Source: a virus. From it: a stretch of 34,715 nucleotides of DNA. A program made the position numbers and the translations under genes. The notes below the pieces were generated by a model, which made no database searches, was not told the DNA's origin, and saw only the letters and a list, made by a program, of their open reading frames with translations. This document shows, piece after piece, positions 8,217-13,072 of the stretch (the first letter of the stretch is position 1; each line of letters begins with the position of its first letter). Location of the stretch: the IMG/VR virus record IMGVR_UViG_3300021952_000003. One strand, 5' to 3'.

Positions 8217-8486
8217 TCAGAAATCTTCGTTGTAATCGTTGGGAGGAAATCCTCCTTTGGGGTACATATTGCTTTCTTCCTTGGGGCGGTGGGCAAATGC
8301 CTTGAAATAACCTTCCCAATTGGCTGACTGAGGGATGCTGTCAATCTTGATGGTCAGGCTTTTAATGTCCAAAGGCTGGTCAGATTCAATCCATACCGTC
8401 CCATGAGGACTCCAGTACGTCTTTTCCTGCCCATTTTGGGTTGTGTACTTGCGTGCGGCGAATTTAATGTCGAATTGGTGTTTCAT
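8217..8486 (-). CDS. Hypothetical protein with an acidic C-terminal tip ending in Phe (89 aa); possible miniature SSB-like factor
   Basis: It overlaps the exonuclease stop by 4 nt and ends ...PPNDYNEDF. The functional idea rests only on position and the C-terminal tail. Confidence 0.6.
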   Translation of the reverse strand: MKHQFDIKFAARKYTTQNGQEKTYWSPHGTVWIESDQPLDIKSLTIKIDSIPQSANWEGYFKAFAHRPKEESNMYPKGGFPPNDYNEDF

Positions 8487-9094
8487 GCGATTAGTTTGTT
8501 AAGTTGCTCCACCTTGGCTGTGACTTCTGCCAAGAACTTTGTTATTTCCTGTTCCATCTCCTTTATAAAACCATCGTCCCGTTGCACCCTTTTAACAAAG
8601 AGTTGAGCCTTAGTCGGCATCCTGGGATCAAAAGAGACAAAATCACACCACTGACGCCCGGTACACGCCATTTGGAATTGCATCTGCGTAATGTATTTCC
8701 CAGGCACAGTCTGCGTCAACAAGGTGTCTATATGGGTTGCCGTGTTGGGGCATTTAATCTCCACCAACCCATCTTCTCCCACCAGCCCATCCGGTGACGC
8801 GCCTGCCATCTCAATAGTTGGGTGATCGACTAGGCCGGTTTCGTCTACCAGGACGTTCTGCTGGACTTCGTAAGCTGCCCTTGCAAACGGTTCCTGATCC
8901 GTTCCCCATTGCATGGCAGCGTTGGTAAACGATTCAGCCTGGGTGTTGGTCATGCGCTCCACCACCAACTGAGCCATGTAGTTCTCACGGCTGGCGCTGT
9001 AACCCGTCTTGGTCTTGGCGATTACGTCAGCAACACGGCTAGCGGTTACCTTGCCAAGACGGGCTTTGAACCATTCTTCTGATCTTTGATCCAT
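8483..9094 (-). CDS. YqaJ-type (lambda Exo-like) recombination exonuclease (203 aa)
   Basis: The N-terminus QRSEEWFKARLGKVTASRVADV and the core GASPDGLVGEDGLVEIKCP carry the D...E-x-K PD-(D/E)xK motif typical of YqaJ viral recombinase exonucleases. Confidence 0.85.
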   Translation of the reverse strand: MDQRSEEWFKARLGKVTASRVADVIAKTKTGYSASRENYMAQLVVERMTNTQAESFTNAAMQWGTDQEPFARAAYEVQQNVLVDETGLVDHPTIEMAGASPDGLVGEDGLVEIKCPNTATHIDTLLTQTVPGKYITQMQFQMACTGRQWCDFVSFDPRMPTKAQLFVKRVQRDDGFIKEMEQEITKFLAEVTAKVEQLNKLIA

Positions 9095-9591
9095 TAAATT
9101 GCCTCCTTAATTATGATTTCAAACAGTTCTTTTGTTATTGCATATTGCTTTGGCAGTTGATGTTTTGCGTCTTTGTGCTGGCTAACTGCAACTAAATCAT
9201 CTTTTAATGCGTAACAAACCGTGTTGTGAAATTCCCTTCTGTCATACACAGATTCGTATATGCCTAAAGCGTTTTCTGTTGACCATTGCCAATCGTCAAG
9301 CAACTTACAAACCTCGTCCATTTCTTTTTGGACACGCTTGCCTATGATGGTGTTTTTCTTTGGTTTAATTAACCAATAACCTTCATAACTTGTTGGCAAA
9401 GTAAACCCGGATCGAATAGTTTTTTCTTTGTAAACCAATCCCAAACCTTGACGTTCAATCCTGACCACGGCATCTGCTTTTTCTTGTTCAAGAAATTCAC
9501 GTTTTGCTTTTAATGCCGCATCTTTTGCCCTCTTAAATTTAGTCACTGCAAATCCAGCAAAGTCACTTGGTAGAAGGTAGTGCTTTCTCAT
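9094..9591 (-). CDS. Hypothetical protein in an AT-rich insert (165 aa)
   Basis: It is a long ORF with start/stop overlaps to both neighbours. It is visibly AT-richer than its flanks. No motif was recognised. Confidence 0.6.
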   Translation of the reverse strand: MRKHYLLPSDFAGFAVTKFKRAKDAALKAKREFLEQEKADAVVRIERQGLGLVYKEKTIRSGFTLPTSYEGYWLIKPKKNTIIGKRVQKEMDEVCKLLDDWQWSTENALGIYESVYDRREFHNTVCYALKDDLVAVSQHKDAKHQLPKQYAITKELFEIIIKEAI

Positions 9592-9812
9592 GTGTTTACC
9601 CCTAAATGTTTTGCCAGTCTTTCTATGCAGTCTTGAGGGCTTATGCTCAATGCTTTTTTAATCAGTTTTAAAGATTCATCAATAATTTCATCGTAAGTAC
9701 CTGGGTCTGCTTTTTTGATTGATTCAAGAGTAATTTGAGCATCTTCCAACGCAGACAAATCAGCACTGTTTAATTCAAAAAGAAAATCTATGTCTTGTTG
9801 AATGTTATTCAT
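9588..9812 (-). CDS. Small acidic protein in the AT-rich insert (74 aa)
   Basis: The ORF overlaps the Erf stop by 8 nt and is D/E-rich (MNNIQQDIDFLFELNSADLSALEDAQ...). Confidence 0.55.
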   Translation of the reverse strand: MNNIQQDIDFLFELNSADLSALEDAQITLESIKKADPGTYDEIIDESLKLIKKALSISPQDCIERLAKHLGVNT

Positions 9813-10404
9813 TTGACAACTCCTTTTTGCGCTTGTCTTTTGCTGCCATTACCTTTGCTTGCCATACCGCATCCCCGTCACATGACGCATAGGCAGCGTT
9901 GTAGGTAGTCTTGAGTGTTGCCATATCAATGCAAGCCTCGATTGCCGCTAGGTGATCTGCCATCATGCCCGGGTCAACCTTGGTTGTGGGCTTGGGCTCT
10001 GGTTTGCCAGATGCCGCATTTCCATCATCATCTTCTGCCGATATGCCGCAAGTTGCCATCAGGCTGTATCTCCGAGCATAAGTCAGGGCAGAACCATATC
10101 CATGCGCGTCATGTTTGGTCGCCGGGACATGAAGCAACCCACCCTCTAATACTTCGCCAGATTCGTGCAAGAACACAGTCTCCAACATTACCCCGTCTTT
10201 GCATTCGTAGGTGCGTTGCATCAATGCGATTCCGTTGTTGTTCAGCGCGTCCATGACTGCCTCTAGGCAAGAAGTCAAATCAGCGTATCTGCTGACCCTG
10301 CCGTTTTGCTTAAATGCCTGATTGCTTGACAGCTTGAGTGCAGGGCCAAACTCTTTCTGAGCCTTGACAAACGCCGCCGCTATTTTCATTCCAATTGCTT
10401 CCAT
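9805..10404 (-). CDS. erf: Erf-family single-strand annealing protein (199 aa)
   Basis: FVKAQKEFGPALK...RYADLTSCLEAVMDALNNNGIALMQ...HGYGSALTYARRYSLMATCGI matches the ERF superfamily pattern. GAGGAG lies 6 nt upstream of the ATG. Confidence 0.85.
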   Translation of the reverse strand: MEAIGMKIAAAFVKAQKEFGPALKLSSNQAFKQNGRVSRYADLTSCLEAVMDALNNNGIALMQRTYECKDGVMLETVFLHESGEVLEGGLLHVPATKHDAHGYGSALTYARRYSLMATCGISAEDDDGNAASGKPEPKPTTKVDPGMMADHLAAIEACIDMATLKTTYNAAYASCDGDAVWQAKVMAAKDKRKKELSNE

Positions 10405-10413
10405 GATGTCTCC

Positions 10414-10596
10414 TCAGTCGTTGATTTCGCGCTGAAGGTCTTTCAGGGCTTCAACCGTGTTGTTGTAGATAAAGCAGAGTTCCATGATCTTTGTCTCAAG
10501 GCATCCCACCTGGTACTCGTTACGCATAGGGTCATCAATTGCGAAATGGGCATCACGGTAAGAACGGATGCTCTCAATGATTTGTTGTGCGTTCAT
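10414..10596 (-). CDS. Hypothetical small protein (60 aa)
   Basis: The ORF is co-oriented and tightly packed between its neighbours. Confidence 0.5.
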   Translation of the reverse strand: MNAQQIIESIRSYRDAHFAIDDPMRNEYQVGCLETKIMELCFIYNNTVEALKDLQREIND

Positions 10597-10598
10597 GT

Positions 10599-10742
10599 TT
10601 AGCCTCCAAAAACGATCATGGCAACCAGGAAACCTGCAGCGAATGCGTAGACATACCGCAAGACCTTTTCAGGTTGTTCGGTTCTGTGACCAACCGTGTA
10701 GGTGGCATCTGCAAGATTGCGGGGGGTTTTGTAGTTCTTCAT
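10599..10742 (-). CDS. Small C-terminally membrane-anchored protein (47 aa, MKNYKTPRNL...YVYAFAAGFLVAMIVFGG)
   Basis: I used the internal ATG at 10742, which has GGAG about 8 nt upstream. The longer track ORF (to 10787) would have to read through the hairpin/terminator. Confidence 0.45.
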   Translation of the reverse strand: MKNYKTPRNLADATYTVGHRTEQPEKVLRYVYAFAAGFLVAMIVFGG

Positions 10743-10764
10743 ATGTTTGCTCCAGTTAGTGCTC

Positions 10765-10785
10765 AAGAAAAGGGGCCGTGGCCCC
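10765..10785 (-). terminator. Candidate intrinsic terminator after the first leftward gene
   Basis: The minus strand reads GGGGC-CACG-GCCCC followed by TTTTCTT, beginning 10 nt after the stop of ORF 10796-10963. The stem is short (5 bp) but entirely G:C. Confidence 0.45.
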
Positions 10786-10795
10786 ATTGGTTATA

Positions 10796-10963
10796 TTAAA
10801 TGACGGTGCGGGGATGAATGTCACGGATAGCCGCACGGATGATTAGCAAATGAATCGGGCGCATCCACGCGCTCGGGTCACGCAGACATCCATACAGGAA
10901 TTCCATACCACGGCGGGTTTGCGCCATGTCGCGGCAGGTGTTGTAATACTCTCGTTTGGTCAT
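10796..10963 (-). CDS. First leftward ORF, orphan 55-aa protein (MTKREYYNTCRDMAQTRRGMEFLYGCLRDPSAWMRPIHLLIIRAAIRDIHPRTVI)
   Basis: This ORF was hand-translated and is below the track cutoff. AAGGAG lies 7 nt upstream of the ATG. It is the only ORF between the leftward promoter and the terminator. Confidence 0.5.
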   Translation of the reverse strand: MTKREYYNTCRDMAQTRRGMEFLYGCLRDPSAWMRPIHLLIIRAAIRDIHPRTVI

Positions 10964-11012
10964 GTTGATGCTCCTTAAAAGACCCCGTGCGATTTGCTAG
11001 GGCATGGAATGA

Positions 11013-11040
11013 AGTATAAGCCAACTTATGGGAATGTCAA
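11013..11040 (-). promoter_or_regulatory. Leftward early promoter candidate (sigma70-type)
   Basis: The minus strand reads TTGACA (11040-11035), a 16-nt spacer, then TATACT (11018-11013). It lies about 50 nt upstream of the 55-aa ORF. Confidence 0.55.
11016..11029. promoter_or_regulatory. Operator-like palindrome ATAAG-CCAA-CTTAT inside the leftward promoter spacer/-10
   Basis: It is a perfect 5+4+5 inverted repeat. The AAG-N4-CTT core and spacing match the P22 operator consensus as I recall it (ATTTAAG-N4-CTTAAAT). The adjacent gene encodes a P22-Cro-like protein. Confidence 0.4.
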
Positions 11041-11051
11041 AGGTTTTTTTG

Positions 11052-11067
11052 TTAGGACTTACCCTAA
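11052..11067. promoter_or_regulatory. Imperfect palindrome TTAGGA-CTT-ACCCTAA between the divergent promoters
   Basis: It is a degenerate copy of TAGGGA-CTT-TCCCTA at 11263-11277. It lies upstream of both predicted transcription starts. Confidence 0.3.
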
Positions 11068-11072
11068 GAGTG

Positions 11073-11087
11073 AAAAGTGTTGCTTTT
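11073..11087. promoter_or_regulatory. Operator-like inverted repeat AAAAG-TGTTG-CTTTT in the rightward promoter spacer
   Basis: It is a perfect 5+5 inverted repeat ending 3 nt before TATAAT. It contains the AAGTGTTG octamer that recurs at 11312-11319. Confidence 0.4.
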
Positions 11088-11090
11088 ATG

Positions 11091-11096
11091 TATAAT
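11091..11096 (+). promoter_or_regulatory. Rightward early promoter -10 hexamer (TATAAT); no good -35
   Basis: A consensus TATAAT is followed after 7 nt by the cro ATG (11104). There is no Shine-Dalgarno in between. Confidence 0.4.
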
Positions 11097-11103
11097 CTGG
11101 CTT

Positions 11104-11265
11104 ATGTCTAAGGAACATTTTATCCATCTTGCAGGCTCACAGCGTGCGCTTGCCGATTTGCTTGGCATCAGCCAAGCGGCGATTTCCCAATGGAAAGAAG
11201 TTCCCCAAGCTAGGATTTGGCAGTTGCGCGTTTTGCGCCCAGAATGGTTTGATGTAATTGAGTAG
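11104..11265 (+). CDS. cro: Cro-type HTH regulator, P22 Cro-like (53 aa)
   Basis: MSKEHFIHLAGSQRALADLLGISQAAISQWKEVPQ aligns residue for residue with P22 Cro MYKKDVIDHFGTQRAVAKALGISDAAVSQWKEVIP (from memory). This supports the ATG at 11104 rather than the GTG at 11077. Confidence 0.8.
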   Translation: MSKEHFIHLAGSQRALADLLGISQAAISQWKEVPQARIWQLRVLRPEWFDVIE

Positions 11266-11277
11266 GGACTTTCCCTA
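11263..11277. promoter_or_regulatory. Perfect palindrome TAGGGA-CTT-TCCCTA overlapping the cro stop codon
   Basis: Read directly. It could act as a DNA operator or as an RNA hairpin at the start of the non-coding gap. Confidence 0.35.
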
Positions 11278-11369
11278 ATAAATTGCAAAAAAACCACAAC
11301 ACAGGGAATATAAGTGTTGTATACTCTGAACCGTCTGGAGTGGCATCTAGGCAATGAAAACATAGTGAG

Positions 11370-11497
11370 AACCCCGCAGGTTTCTGTGTGGTCTTGTCAG
11401 GTAGCAAGCGAGTCTTTTGACTATGTTTTCAAACGCCTTGCTGCTGCTCTTGCCAGGAGCCAAGACCACAGAGCATCTTGCGGGGTTTTTGCTTTTG
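11370..11497 (+). terminator. Long imperfect hairpin ending in a U-tract; tR1-like terminator or structured RNA
   Basis: AACCCCGCA (11370-11378) pairs with TGCGGGGTT (11479-11487). TGTGGTCTTG (11387-11396) pairs with CAAGACCACA (11461-11470). An inner AGCAAGCG/CGCCTTGCT stem is present. The 3' arm is followed by TTTTTGCTTTT. Confidence 0.4.
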
Positions 11498-11705
11498 GCT
11501 CAGACCGTCAGGGCGCGTTAGCAAATGGTCTGCATGGACTGAACCCAAGAAACACCGGCATTGCGATACACCCCGCAGTTTGCCGACCAGCGTTGATTGA
11601 GCGACTGGTAAAGGATTGGGTACAACGGTGGAACAAGGCCCGATCTATAAGCGAATCAATCCCTCATGGGCACTTGGGCTTTTGTTGAGTTTTAAAGGAG
11701 CATAT

Positions 11706-12131
11706 ATGGAGCATGAATCAAAAGTCGGAGAGGGCAGGATAGTTGATCTATCCACCCTTGGAGAACCTATGTTTAAAACAGGATTTGATAGATTCTGGGA
11801 TGCATGGCCTAAGTCCACACGCAAAGGGGCAAAGGCTGAATGCAAGAAAAAATGGGTCAAGAACTATTGCGAGACTTGCGCTGACCAAATCATCAAGCAC
11901 GTTGAGTGGATGAAAACCACAGACCAATGGCGCAAGAATGAAGGGGCATTCATACCCGCTCCGCTTGTCTACCTTAACCAACAGCGTTGGGATGGCGCAG
12001 AAATCCCCGAAATCAAGCCTACAAACGCAAAAGACCCGGCGTTGATCAAACTGGATGAGGACAACAAAAAAGCCGCCCCTATGCCCGAATCTGTGCGTCA
12101 GCGGTTGGCTGAACTGAGGTGTATTAAATGA
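11706..12131 (+). CDS. Conserved phage protein of unknown function (141 aa)
   Basis: AAAGGAG lies 6 nt upstream of the ATG at 11706, an internal start of track ORF 11616-12131. The motif pattern FDRFWDAWPK...KKKW...FIPAPLVYLNQQRWDG recurs in many phage early regions. Confidence 0.7.
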   Translation: MEHESKVGEGRIVDLSTLGEPMFKTGFDRFWDAWPKSTRKGAKAECKKKWVKNYCETCADQIIKHVEWMKTTDQWRKNEGAFIPAPLVYLNQQRWDGAEIPEIKPTNAKDPALIKLDEDNKKAAPMPESVRQRLAELRCIK

Positions 12132-12410
12132 CCAACACAGAAGCACACCAGATTCTTGACGGAATTAAAAATGGTATCCCGACCCCGCAATACAAAGTCA
12201 CGCTCGCCTTACTCGTCACCGGCGACCTTGGAATTTCTACGCGACACGGAAGCGCGGGAATGGGTCAGGAGATACCGGGAGAAAGCCAAAGAGGTTGGCC
12301 CCAACGAAGCCAGGAGGTGGTGGGACAGAATCATCAGTCACATCACCAGGCTGCGCGGTGAAGATGCAGCTTTTGATTTACGCCAACGAATGAACAGGTT
12401 TAACAAATGA
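12128..12410 (+). CDS. Composite locus of two overlapping ORFs (12128-12361 and 12156-12410) that read as one protein only with a +1 shift near 12227-12233
   Basis: The frame of 12128 looks protein-like only up to ...LALLVTGDLG. The frame of 12156 looks protein-like only from LEFLRDTEAREWVRRYREKAKE... onward. The switch point is CTT GGA ATT. Confidence 0.4.
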
Positions 12411-12835
12411 CTTTTATGGTTCACTTCCACGTTGAGGGCACACCAGTCCCCAAAAAGCGCCCCAGATTCCGTCAGTTCAACGGCATTGTCCAGTCCTACA
12501 CCGACAAAGGAACCCGGACGTATGAGGATCATGTGCGTCTGACCTCCCAAAACGCCATGGGATCAAACGAACCGCTAGAAACCCCTGTGGGCGTTTATTT
12601 GTACATCAGGCTAGGTATCCCTAAGTCGCACTCCAAAAAGCGCACAGAGGACTGTTTAACGGGCTTGGAGAAGCCAATTAAGAAGCCTGACATCGACAAC
12701 CTTGCCAAATCCCTGTTGGATGGCATGAATGGGATTGTTTTTAAGGACGATTCACAGATTGTTTCGTTGCACTGCACAAAGGTGTATTCGAGTGAGCCTG
12801 GCGTTGACATCATGGTAAAGGAGGAATTGGAATGA
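12407..12835 (+). CDS. rusA: RusA-family Holliday junction resolvase (142 aa)
   Basis: VEGTPVPKKRPRF...KKPDIDNLAKSLLDGMNGIVFKDDSQIV carries RusA (endodeoxyribonuclease) signature segments, including the catalytic D-rich block. Confidence 0.85.
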   Translation: MTFMVHFHVEGTPVPKKRPRFRQFNGIVQSYTDKGTRTYEDHVRLTSQNAMGSNEPLETPVGVYLYIRLGIPKSHSKKRTEDCLTGLEKPIKKPDIDNLAKSLLDGMNGIVFKDDSQIVSLHCTKVYSSEPGVDIMVKEELE

Positions 12836-12984
12836 GCGAAAAGATTGATCTAAACCCGTATGAGACTGAAGTACGGAATAGAACCATTGAGGAGATTGCC
12901 CGAGCAATTGAGCAATTTAAGGCTTTTGGGCCAAATACATTGGCTAGTTTTGCTGTGTTTATAAGGAGCATGAAACGTGAGTGA
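12832..12984 (+). CDS. Small hypothetical protein (50 aa, MSEKIDLNPYETEVRNRTIEEIARAIEQFKAFGPNTLASFAVFIRSMKRE)
   Basis: Hand-translated. It has an ATGA overlap with the rusA stop, and AAGGAGG lies 8 nt upstream. Confidence 0.4.
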   Translation: MSEKIDLNPYETEVRNRTIEEIARAIEQFKAFGPNTLASFAVFIRSMKRE

Positions 12985-13072
12985 TTGGCCTTTTCCACCA
13001 TTTCCCCGACCCGCTGAACCAGCACAAGACATTCCGTTTGGTCTTGATGACTTTGAGGACGCGCCGCTATGA
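12977..13072 (+). CDS. Very small ORF (31 aa, GTG start)
   Basis: Hand-translated. AAGGAG lies 8 nt upstream of the GTG. Its start overlaps the previous stop and its stop overlaps the next ATG (ATGA). Its short length keeps confidence low. Confidence 0.25.
   Translation: MSDWPFPPFPRPAEPAQDIPFGLDDFEDAPL

Noticed and set aside
10796-11265. A lysogeny module (CI/c2 repressor, integrase, excisionase) expected next to a P22-like cro
   Set aside because: The only leftward ORF beside the operators is a 55-aa protein with no HTH-peptidase architecture. No tyrosine or serine recombinase motifs were seen anywhere in the genome. The phage is therefore not called temperate.
11314-11688. A 124-aa plus-strand ORF spanning the cro-proximal gap
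   Set aside because: It has a GTG start without a Shine-Dalgarno and reads straight through the long hairpin and U-tract. Its composition is odd and it runs into the upstream extension of the next gene. I treat the region as non-coding, but conservation analysis is needed to exclude the ORF fully.
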